Positions 38,053 through 49,688 of a DNA stretch of 64,000 nt are shown in pieces (position 1 is the stretch's first letter; the number at the start of each line of letters is the position of its first letter). The notes under the pieces were generated by a model. That model searched no databases and was not told the origin of the DNA. It worked only from the letters and a program-made list of their open reading frames with translations. The position numbers were made by a program, and so were the translations under genes. Origin of the DNA: Lytechinus pictus (Eukaryota); the NCBI RefSeq assembly GCF_037042905.1, contig NC_087252.1, positions 12,278,001 through 12,342,000 on the forward strand, written 5' to 3'.

Positions 38053-38841
38053 GAGTTTGATTGCAAAAGGGGTTAGGTCGGCTCTTGACCATTCCGAGAA
38101 AAATTAAGTTTTTTAAATCTCACTTATTGCAATATTCTTATGAGAAACTAAATTGTCATGATGTACTATCAAATCATGTAAACATAAAATTGGGTATAAA
38201 AGAAATCTACCTGTTTTAAATTTGTCTATATTTTTTAAAAAATTATCATTGTGGACCTTAGGGGGCGGATCAAGGACTTTTCTAAACGGGGGCACATTTT
38301 AACGATGAAAGATTTGACATGCAAAAAAAAATGTTTCAACCAAAAATAAGGGGATTTCGTCCATGAAAAAATACGACAAGCAACAAACAAATAAAACAAG
38401 GTCTTCACTTTCAATAGGGGGCACACTTCTGTTTTAACAGCGCTTTTGCATTTCAAATTTTAATTGTGCCTCTCAAGGGGGGCGACACGTGCCCCCCCCC
38501 CCTACCCTCTCCTGAATTTCGCATGTGGTGGACCTATACCCTTTTGCAAGCAAACTGAAATGAATCAAATCTATTTAGATAAAAAAGGGATTTTTCTTTG
38601 CCACTTTTATTCATGTTTTAATATTTTTCTTTTTTCTATGGTATCATCAGAGCTATGAAAATCTATAGGTTTTGAGACTGAACACAATAAATTATTATTT
38701 GCCATTTGTGTTACCCTTTTTAATGGGAAATTCAACCTTTCTTTGGTTTCATCTTATAAAGCTACTAAACGTCTATACATTGAGACAAAAAAAAATCAAA
38801 TTTGATGAAAAATGGACCTAACCCCTTTCACAACTGAGCTC
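38053..38841. mobile_element. TIR element (GAG..CTC ends) with a nested G/C-run MITE at about 38259-38527
   Basis: GAGTTTGATTGCAAAAGGGGTTAGGTC / GACCTAACCCCTTTCACAACTGAGCTC. Confidence 0.6.
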
Positions 38842-38881
38842 TTCATATTTCCGCCGTCTTATCACGAAACAGCGGCTTAAC

Positions 38882-41800
38882 ATAATAATAATAATAAAAA
38901 AAATAGGCATTTATATAGCGCCATCTATCTAGAAATATTCTATTCCGAGGCGCACAAGAAAATAAAGAAAGAAAGTTTGGATGAGTGTCAAAGTGCCAAT
39001 AACTAATACTGTTAGAAAAGATAAGACTTCAGTTTAGATTTGAAGGTCTCCAGTGATGGTATCATTCTTAAATATAACGGCAAATTATTCCAGAGAGAAG
39101 ATGCTGAGGCAGAGAAATCTCGCGCACCATATGCTACACGTGTCTTGGGAGTCATAAGAAGTTGCAGGTGTGATGATATTGGGCTACGAGCTGGTGTATA
39201 AGGCATGACAAGGTCTTGTAGATATGTTGGTGCCAAACCATTTAACACTTTCTAAGTGAAGTATTTTAAATTATATACGCTTCCGGATTGGCAACCAATG
39301 TAACTTTTGGAGAATTGGTGAAATGTGTTCATATTTTGATGTACCGGTTAAATCCCTGGCAGCTGTATTCTGAGCATACTGAAGTTTATTGACATTGCGT
39401 GAGGTTATGTTAAAAAGGAGAGTATTTCCAACATCTATTCGAGATAGTACAAATGAGTGTAAAGCATAGCAGCAGACTTATGGCCAAGGACTTTCCTAAT
39501 GCTGTTAACATTATGAATATTATAGTATACTGATTAACATATTTTTTTACATGTGCATCCATGGACATATTTTCGTCAAATACGACACCGAGATTTCGAC
39601 TGATGACAAGGCTTTAATCAAAGAGTCCCCAACCTGTATAGTGCGGTCCTTAATCAAATGACTTTGTGATTTAGAACTAATAATCAACAACTCTGTTTTA
39701 CTTTCATTTAATTTCAACTTATTATTTAGCATCCATGACCGCATATCATCTATTGTATTTTATAAACGAAGCCTGGCAGACAACTCACTAGCAGGGTCAG
39801 TTGTATCAAACGAAACATACAACCGTGTATCATCCACATACATATGAATGTTTATGCCATGTTTATGCGCAATTTTTGCCAGAGGACTAGAATAGATGGA
39901 AAAAAAAAACGGCCCGAGGACTGAACCTTGGGGCACGCCGAAAGGAAGTTAAACAAGAGATGACATATTTTCACCAATCTTGACAACCTGTGATCTTTCA
40001 TGAAGATATGATGAAAACCAATCAAGTACAACTCCTCCTATGCCACAATATTTCAAACGATCCAATAGCAAGTCATGGTCAACAGTATCAAATGCTGACG
40101 AAAGATCAAGCAGGGGGAGGAAAACAGCCTTCTTGTCATCAACAGCACGAAGAATATCATTTGATACACGAACCAAATCAGTTTCTACCCCATGACATTT
40201 CCTATATGCAGATTGAAAAGGTTCAAACAATTCATTATCCAAAAAATGGTCAGTAAGACGCAGCGCCACAACCTTTTCTAAAACTTTTACACAAACAGAC
40301 AAACTTTAAATTAGAGACAGGTATGTAGTTTTTTAATTCCTGAGTCTAATGATGGATTTTTCAAAAGAGGAGTGACAAGTGCTTGCTTGAAATCATGAGG
40401 GAAATTACCTGTCTAAAGAGAAATGTTGATAATTTTTGTGATTACTGGAAGCAACAGATGCATATGTTTCGTAAGGACCCAGGTTGGAATTGGATCTAAT
40501 GAGCACGATTTAGCAGGATAAGAGGTCAAACTTTTCTTAACTTCTTTATCAGTTGTCATTTCAAATGTTTTCATTATGGGAGTGGCTGTATGTGAAGAGT
40601 CACATTCTTCAACACTATGAGATAAGGTACCTGGATAGTGGATATTTTTATACAAAGAAATTACTGAAACGTTCTGCTAGGTCTAATTGAGATATATGTT
40701 TCGGCGATTTGATTTGTTCTTTTGATGGAGAGCACTATCAATTACTCTGTAAAACTGTCCACTATCTTTACAATTTGACAGCTGTTCCCATAAGTATTTT
40801 GCTTTGGCATATTTTATCATATGCCAAACTAAGAGGCGCTGTTTAATAACATTTTCTCGACTTATGTCTGTTCTCTCAGCTCGCCAACGACGCTCAAGTC
40901 GTTTGCGCAAGCGTTTTGCTTCCGCTATGTCATATGTATACCAGATTTTCCTCGATCGGATTGTTACTTTACTTTCTGTTAATGGAGCATGTTTGTCCAA
41001 GATAGACTGAAGACTAGCATCATATTGATTGACAAGAGTATTGACATCAGAAGTAGGATGTAAGAGAAGATCTAAAGCAAGAATATAAACAGCCAACTTT
41101 TCATGATTCACGGCTTTGAGCTTCTTGTATGAAATAACCTTTCTGTTTCTCATAGGTTTAGTTAATTTCAAATTACAGTGTATTGCAGCATGGTCAGTGA
41201 GAAAAGATGACACCTCCAGAGCCCTGATAAGCTCATCATCGGTACGCGTAATCACAAAATCTATAATGTGACCAGTTGCATGAGTAGATTCATTTACGTG
41301 CTGTTTTAAGTTGAAAGACTTATTAAGTAAGTCACAAAACTTTTTGTTCTCTTGATTAGCAGGATTATCCCAGTGAATATTAAAATCACCTACAACAATC
41401 AACTTACTTGAAGTTGACAATAAGGATGTTAGAAAATCAGAAAATTCATCAATTGAAAAAAGACATTAAAACCCACTCTATTATTTTGACTATACGGTGG
41501 TCTAAAGATAACAACAAGCATGATAGGAAATTTGTTCCATCAAAATTAATAGAAACACTCATACACTCAAAACTGGATGCAGTGTGTTCCATTTGCATTA
41601 TAAACGTACTCTTGATTGAAGAATGGTGTATATACAACTCCTCCACCGCTACGAATGGAGCGAGGTACATGAATTAGATTAAATCCAGGTGGTGTTGATT
41701 CACCAATTGTCTTTTTATGTTTTTCTGTGTCTGATAACCATGTCTCTGTTAAACATATAATGTCGATATCATGTTCAATTAGGTGATCAATAACAATATA

Positions 41801-42300
41801 TGTCTTGTTACACACTGATCTGGTATTAACTAAGCACAACTTGATACATTCTTTAAAGGAACCAATGTCAACAACCCCTAAGGTTGGAGCTTCTCTTTTC
41901 TTTTTTACCTTGGTCCCACCTTTTCTTCCACGCCTTTTATAGTTACAAGAACGCCCCAGACATCAATGGGGAGTCGATAAGCACAATTCAACTCTAAAAG
42001 ATTGTCCCTAGTATACACATACCGACACTCATTAGGAATCAAATTTACATTTATTTCTGTGTTATTTTCACCACCCTTGTTACTACTGGAAATATGATCA
42101 GGGCCTGGGTTAGGGTGAATATCACCCACAAGGAGCAATAGGGATATTCTCAAAGTAGTAGTTAATAGACTTTCCAATATACTTGCACTTCACATGCCCT
42201 CCTGACAACCATTCAGTCCTCCCATAAAGACTGAACCTAATCTCTTTAGAATTAGAATCTGGTGGACAAACCACTGATCTCTCCACTAACTGGATATGCG
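38882..42300 (-). mobile_element. Decayed L2/CR1-group LINE (APE endonuclease and reverse transcriptase); 5' boundary approximate
   Basis: APE motifs NTRSVCNK, CLTETWL, VGDFNIH, GHIIDFV, TDH. RT motifs [26 protein letters not shown]-terminus FKSKLKSYLF and a (TAT)n tail. Multiple frameshifts and stops. Confidence 0.92.
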
Positions 42301-43797
42301 GGGAGGGTCCTTTGTTTGAAGCCCACGAGTTCTATTGTCCGCCATACCAGTTCCCCCAAAAGGAACGCGATCGCTCCACTAGCTAGCATGTGCATTGTGA
42401 GCGATATAGCTGTCTGCACACTGAAGCTCTCATTGCTTTTCATACAAAACTTCATATATTTAAGGTGCCAGAATTCGCAATTTCCTTGAAACCATGGTAC
42501 TTTCCCAGTACATTTCGGAAACATAATTTTGAAGGGGTTGGTGTTTTTCTCACCTAAGGAAGAATGGATGAAATCCTTGACTTGTCTAGGGGTATTTTGG
42601 AGGTTTGCCACATAAAATCTTAGGGATAGGGCGAGGACTTATTAGGTTATGCAGGCTTATAACACTGGGCTTGAAACCCCCTTTTATTTAAGTCCACCCC
42701 CCCCCCCCCAAAAAAAAAAATCAAACAAGCATACATAACACCGAAAAATTCATCGCTTAAGTAAAACTTTGAAATATCATAACTTTCATATTTTACTTCT
42801 GATTTTGATTAAATTTTCAGCATTATTGTGTGGTTTTTTACTCTATTCAAATAATCTTTTCCATGAGGTGGACTCGCCCTTTAAGAGTGTCTCTCTCTCT
42901 CTCCCTCCGTCACATCGATCGACCCTCTTCAATTATCCTCTCCCCAGTTTGTTCATATAGTATAGGCAGCGGAAGCGGGGGGGGGGGGGTCCTGTCCCCC
43001 CTAAATTTTAGGTGGGGTCAGACGGACCCCCCCCTAAATTTTTGGTTGATAACCCCCCCCTTATTTTGCTCCACCGAGACATTTTTTTCTTTGAAGACAT
43101 TCATCATCTCAAAATAAGTTCTGTGAAATTTCTGAAATCTGTAAATCCGTCTCTGTAGCCTATATATTTTTTACGTACTTTTTTTTTAAAATAAGTTATT
43201 GGAAAAAATAATTAGATCTATTGTCGACAGAGAAGTATCACAAATTCACATACCACATGTTACATTAGCCTCCTAAAGTCCTACCGTACATGTACCTCTA
43301 GCTTGTAAATTTTATTGTCCTTTCCAAGGAAATTAACACAAATAAAAGATAAAATAATTGTCAGAATACCTTGTAGATCTAGTCCTTGACCGAAATCAGT
43401 CTATTTCGGTCAGGATCTGTGCTTCGCAACAAATCATTTTTTTAACTCCTCCGAAATGGCAGATTTTTCAGTCTTAAGTCAAGTTTCAGAATAGGTGGCC
43501 TACAGGCTACACGTACGGTCAGTATTTTCGTGTCTCGTGATATTCTTCTGTCCAAACATGACTGATAAACTCATAAAACTTGGTGACAGTTATAAATATT
43601 AATAAACTTAATATTTATTTGAATCGTGGTTTAAATTCATCACGCTTCCAGAGAAATCACAACAACCGATAACCCCCCCCCCCTGGAGTTTTAAAGTTTT
43701 GGAAACCTGCTCTGGTAATTTAGAATTACCACACATGTATTTGAGCACATGGGACTACATAAAGTCTACAACTAAGCAGTTCACCAGCTTGTCTTAT

Positions 43798-43874
43798 CTG
43801 TGAAAAGTAACCCCCTTTTCTCTGTTTCCACGGTCGTCCCGATTAGTGCAATCATACGCGGCACAGTACGGCAT
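43798..43874 (-). pseudogene. THAP zinc-finger first-exon remnant, probably from a DNA transposon
   Basis: MPYCAAYDCTNRDDRGNREKGVTFHR fits the THAP N-terminus M-x2-C-x4-C-x-N..FH. It is followed by ATAAG where a GTAAG donor is expected. Confidence 0.7.
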
Positions 43875-44738
43875 CTTTAACTTTGTATCAGGTATAAATT
43901 CACATTGAAAAGTGCTGTAATAAGAGTTGATCTGGTAAGTATAAGTAAGAATTGACACTATTGCCGTGAACCAGACTCTACTTCGATTTTGGCTTTTTTG
44001 GGGGGGAACTCGGGGTGCGGAGGTACCAACTTCCGGTGCTTCAACACGGAATAGGCCAATCAGCGTTATTGTTCCCATCCAGATAGGGGAGAGATCAGTG
44101 GGACAGACACTGAATGACAATATATCCAACAATAGAAGACTTTGCAGCTTCATTGTAGTCATTTAGCTGCTCCAACATTCCATTCATGTCATGATCTTAA
44201 ATACTACTTGAATGACTACATACCTTGAATGAAGTACATGATAAGATGCCTACCTTACTTAAGCCCCTTTCACAATTGGCGCCTCACTCGTGCGATAATT
44301 TTTTTTTTCGAAAATATTGGTTCCGTCCTGTTGTAGAAGTGTTGTCTTTGAGTCGCAAGCAATATATAAAATCGTACGAGAGGTGAACGACCACTGCACC
44401 AGGATACAACAGTCGTGAGACGTAATCGTGCGATTATTTTCATGTTTCCGGGTGCAACAGTCGTACAACGGCTGCAACGGTTGAACGATGATGCGACCAA
44501 GTCGCACGACATATGCGTTTTGTAGCGCCATATGTCGCGCGACCTAGCGACCCGTTGTACGACTACTACAACCGATCGTACAAGGCTACGACCCATTGTG
44601 CGACACACCGCACCACCTGTCGCGCGAGGTGTTGGCCTATAAATAGGACACGCGATGCGACTTTCTTCATTACAACCGCTGATGCCTGACGAGACGCTGC
44701 TACAGTGAACAAGACACAACCAAAATACAAGCATCGGC

Positions 44739-46109
44739 ATGGCCCCAAAGAAGTCAAGGAAAAAGAGGAAAAATCAGCCTGATGAGGAGGAAGGGCCGAG
44801 GAGAAAGCTACTGCTTCTGTCATAGCTGGTGATGAGGGGGATGAATTTGGTGAAGCCCAGACCGAGGATGATGAAATGCTGCAGGAAGGGGGCCAAGATC
44901 CACCAGCCGCCGCCAGTGATGAGAACAACGTGACAGATGGCCATGCTACCTGCGGTATCACCATGGAGCAGGAGCTGGCCGAGTTTTTCGCTGACAATGA
45001 GTTCATCTACGACAAGAGCAAGGTGGACTTCAAAAACTCTAAGAAGAAGGAGCGCAAGTACATGGAGATGGCGGAAAAGCTGGGAGTCACCGGTAAGTAG
45101 TAGCTGAAAAATATGCACATTCTGATTTATTGATGATGTTTATTAGTTAAACATGCCAATTTTTTGGATGTTGACTAATTTCTTGCTTCTACATTTTGTA
45201 TATTTTCAGTGGCCGACATCAGACTATGGTATAAAAGCCAGAGGACCATCCTGGGGAAGATGAAGACCGCTGGAAAGAAGAGTGGTCAGAAGGCCATCGT
45301 CCTTACCCCCAGGCAGAGATGGGTCAATAACAACCTTGGTTTTCTGACAAAGCACATAGTCCATCGGTCACAGGGCTGCCAACTGGGCCACCTCAGTGGC
45401 CGAATTACTGAAGCCGCCTCCGACGAAGAGGGTTTAGATGAGGAGGGTCCAGATGCCAGCCAAGCACCCAGCTCCAACCAAGTCTCCAGCCAGGGGGCTG
45501 CACCTCCCAAGAAGAGGCAGAAGAGGGGGTCGCCCACCGATGTGGACAAGGCCCTCCTGGAATTCATCAGAACATCCACCGAGCAGACGGCCATCCGGAG
45601 CCAGGTGGATGCGGCACTCACCCAAGGCGCTGACGAGAGGTAGGCCTGGCTAGAATGGATGCTGCAGGCCGTCCACCCACTCCCAAGACCCCTCTGGCGA
45701 GAGTTCACCAGGGACACTTTCAACTTGGTGAGCCGCTACCAGGATCGGGCGGACCACCCCAGTATCTCGCCCCAGCACTCCCCAGATGATCCAGCCACTC
45801 AGGCCTCAGTCAGCGCCGATCGGCTTCACCAAGGACGCTCCACCTGCTTCCTTCCTTGGGATGCTCGGGCCAAGCAGCACCTGGACCCCTCAGAACCCTC
45901 AGGGAGGATTTCAGCAGCCCAATTTACAGGCCCCCTTCCAGCAGCAGGCCCCCTTCCAGCAGCAGCGTGCCCCCTTCCAGCAGCAGCACCCCCACTTCCA
46001 GCAAAAACAGCAGGCAGCAGCAGCAAGGAGGCAGCAAGGAGGCAGCAACAGCGCCAACACATCAATCATCACCCAGTTTAACTTGTCAGATGAAAAAGAT
46101 GAACAGTGA
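44739..46109 (+). pseudogene. Harbinger MADF/Myb-SANT-like DNA-binding protein (exon 1 44739-45092, exon 2 45210-46109)
   Basis: MAPKKSRKKRK NLS-like start. LAEFFADNEFIYDKSKVDFKNSKKKERKYMEMAEKLGVT|VADIRLWYKSQRT is MADF-like across a GT-AG intron. Frameshift near 44795, stop at 45641-45643, Q-rich C-terminus. Confidence 0.85.
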
Positions 46110-46981
46110 ACTTTTGTTAGGATTGTTTTTATTGTTACTTGACGAACTCTCTCAACTCAAATTATAATTTGACTAGTTTGGAACATTTATTTCAAACTTT
46201 TTTAAACATTTACTCGGTGAATAGAATTCATTTTCGTTAACAAAATGTCTTGGAAAAAATATATAATTTTTAAAACAACATGATTAATGACAATATAAAA
46301 TTTGTTATATCTGTACATCTTTTTTATTCTCATAAATCACGTTTTTTCAAAAATGTTCTTCTTTTTTTAAATTTCAAATACATGCTATTAAAGGAGAATC
46401 AACGTTTATTATTTCAAACATTTCATTGTCAAAGAAATTTTTGTTTTAAATAAATGTTGACATGATCATTCATTTCTTCTTTGAAATGATTCATTCCACT
46501 AGATCAAGGAAGCAGCAACAGCGCCGTCACATCAATCATCATCCATTTGAACTTGTCAGACTTGTCAAATAAAGAAAATGAACAGTGAACTTTTGTTTGG
46601 ATTGTTATTGTTACTTGATGAACTCTCTCAATTTAATTTACAACTGACCCATTTTGGAACATTTATTTCAAACTTTATTTTAAACATTAACATGGTCAAT
46701 AAAATTAATTATCGTTAATAAAATGTCTTTGAAAAATATATATCATGTTTAAAACAACATGATTAATGACAAAAGAAAATGCGTTATATCTGTACATCTT
46801 TTTTATTCTCATAACTCACATTTTTTCAAACATGTTCTCCTTCGTTATTTTATTTCAAACACATTTTATTAAGGAGAGTTAACTTTTTAAATTTCAAACT
46901 ACCTTTCGATGTAAAAGTAATGTATGTTTAAAATAACTGTTGACATGGTCATTCATTTCTACTTTGAAATGATTCATTCCA
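46036..46981 (+). repeat. Diverged ~470-bp tandem duplication inside the Harbinger element
   Basis: CAAGGA(G/A)GCAGCAACAGCGCC..CTTTGAAATGATTCATTCCAC occurs at about 46036-46499 and 46506-46982. Confidence 0.85.
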
Positions 46982-47060
46982 CAAAATCATGATCGAAGTT
47001 TACATGCCATTTTTATGGCAGAGTCTGTGCTGTATCCCAAGTAGTGCGCCAAGTGGCAGT

Positions 47061-48383
47061 CTATATCATGTGTTGTTGCCAGGGCAGGCTTCCAACTGGA
47101 CTGTTGTAGTAGTGCTTCAGGTAAGTTCTCAGCTTCTTGCCCTCTTTGTTTGCCTGGTAGCCTCCGCCAACTCGTTCCTGCAGAACTGCTGCGTTTCTCC
47201 ATGCCCCAGGGATGTGGTTGCCCAACTCATCTTCATGGTCAACGTCAATGTTCTGAAGCCCAGGAAAACGATCTCTCATTAGGTTGTGAAGGCACATGCA
47301 GGCCATAATGACTGTCCTGGCTTTTTCTGGATCAAGCTGTAGGGTACTCAACAAGCATCTCCAGCGATGGGCAAGGATGCCAAAGCTGTTCTCCACCACA
47401 CGGCGAGCCCTCGAGAGACGGTAGTTGAAGATTCTCTCCTCGTCGGTCTGCTCACGGTTGGAGTACGGCTTCTGCATCCATGTCCTGAGAGGGAAGGCGT
47501 CGTCCCCAATTAAGAAGTAAAGGGTGTCTCGGTCATCATCTGGTAGGGGCTCTGGATCTGGCAGGCCAAGAGTACCATTCTCCAGTCCACGTCTCAGCGG
47601 GCTGTGGTTGAAGACCTGGGCATCCGATGATGAACCGGGATTACCAACGTCAGCCCAGAGGAACTTGTAATTGCCATCAACTAGGGCCAAGAGGATGAGG
47701 CTGTAGAAACCCTTGTAGTTGTAATAGATCGTAACCAGAGCCTGGTGGATTTCTGATGGCCACGTGTTTTCCGTCCAAGGCTCCGCAGACATGATGTAAG
47801 TTCCATCTGTCAGCGTAAGTCCGTGCCACTTCTCTCCATTCATCTGGGGTAGTTGGACAGGAAAATACTTCATCTTGGTATTCACTGATGATGGCCTGGC
47901 ACACCTCTGGTATAAACAGAGAGATGGTATTATGGGCAACACGGAAGGCATACTGCAGGGTTTTGTAGCTGTTGCCGGTCGCAAGATATCTCAAGGTGAT
48001 GGCCAGTTTGAGCCCAGGATCCAGTGGCTGCCGGTAGCGATAGGACTTCTCTATCCTCGGAGTGATGCGCTGCAACAGTTCCAGGAACGTTTATGGTGGC
48101 ATCCTCATGTAGTTCAGGAAGTCACCCTGACATTCTCTCTGCAACTCCGTCATCAGATTATCATACTGTCCAAACAGCACACGTCTCTCAATCCAGGGTT
48201 TGACCCACCACCTTCTTCTTTGCCTTGCATGTCTTTGACGTCTACGGATGAGTAAGGCCATCAATATGACATGTCTGTCTTGAACGTTTTGGATTTGCCT
48301 TCTCAGACTTAGCAAATGCTAGAGCCTCCCAGGAGCTATTGGTCGAGCAGCAGCCATGTTTACAGTATGGATGGTCCAGACAT
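47061..48383 (-). pseudogene. Harbinger (HARBI1-like, DDE_Tnp_4) transposase
   Basis: Motifs WWVKPW, LAITLRYLATG, GALDGKH, YYNYKGFYS, GDDAFPL and FNYRLSRARRVVENSFGIL. In-frame TAA at 48091-48093 and a frameshift near 47735. Confidence 0.93.
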
Positions 48384-49688
48384 TTGGGATGAAAGCTCAG
48401 GAGTTCTCGAGCTTATATTGGGGGTGAAAAAAAATCGTACAACGTTGCAAAGGGGGCAAGACAGGTCTTCCAATAGTCTTAGGGTGGTACAACGGACTCG
48501 TACGACAGGATGCATCATCGTACGACATGAAAATACTCGTGCAACACTCGTCCGGGTCTTACGAGTACGAGCAAAGTCGCACAACACTCGTACTGCCTGT
48601 CGTGCAATTATTTTTCATCGCGTCAGTCGCTCAAAATATCGGAGCAGCACGGTTTTTTTCCCGACCGAGATGCGACCATTTTGTCGCATCTGGATCGTAC
48701 AATAAGTGGTACAACGGCTACAACGAGTCGTACAACGGGAAAAATTTCGAGTCGCAAGCCGTTGTAGTCTGTTTGGCAACAATTGTGAAAGGGGCTTTAA
48801 TAGTACACACAGCAAGAAAGCCAAAAATCAAATTTGAAAAAAAAAAAATCATCAAAACAGTACCAGAAATGCTCAATCTTGGTCTAGTTGAATCTATGGC
48901 ACATAATAACTTGACACTTGAAAAAGAACACTCATCCAATAAGAAAAAATATATTAAAATTCAGATGAATCCAGATAAGGTTGTGCAAGCTGCCTCTCAG
49001 CGCTATGCCTATTCGAGTCTTACTTATTCTAAAAAACACTGGTCAGTTCCGTTCGCATTTTAAATACTTTTTTTCAATTTTTTCATCAGTTTACACTATA
49101 TTTAGAAAAATATGTATTTGCTTTACAAAACATAAATGTGATAAATTTTCTATACATTTTTATTTGGAATTATCGATATAACTGGTTCCAATGGTTCCGT
49201 GTTCACTGTGATCAGTCACGGAAACATAGTCTATCCCCATCCATATTTTGTCTACCATTTCTATAAATTACATATTTACATACATTCTGTGAAAAAATCC
49301 TCTTAATCTGCTTGATGGTGAAGAGAGTTGAACTTGTAGTTCAACACAAGGGCACAACTACCACTAAAAATATGTATTCTTTGATAGATTCAAGATATGA
49401 TATGAAGAATAAAAAGTACAAGCAAGTGTCCAACAAAGGGCAGCCGAGCAGCAGAATTAATCCCGTGGTAATGCAAAATTATTGTTCCACGGATACAAGA
49501 CGTATGGAAGAAATGACCGGCTCTTGCCAAACGATAGTTTTCTGGTGGGTCGTGCGTATATACAGAAACGTGATTGGGTGGCATCCCTCTCCTTGTCCCA
49601 TTCCTGCTTTTAACTGATGTGGCAAGGCTTGAAGTCAATTGGGAAGAATTTGGTCTGGGAGGATACGTCACACAGCAGGGGTGTTTTA

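Larger units (their letters stand above)
44262..48796. mobile_element. Full-length PIF/Harbinger DNA transposon (4535 bp), inactivated
   Basis: Perfect 17-bp TIRs AGCCCCTTTCACAATTG / CAATTGTGAAAGGGGCT; TTA TSD at 44259-44261 and 48797-48799; subterminal CGTAC(G/A)A-rich repeats; two convergent genes. Confidence 0.95.

Noticed and set aside
44270..45723. Several long minus-strand ORFs in the Harbinger left half
   Set aside because: They are antisense to the GC-rich MADF gene or subterminal repeats and have no recognisable motifs.
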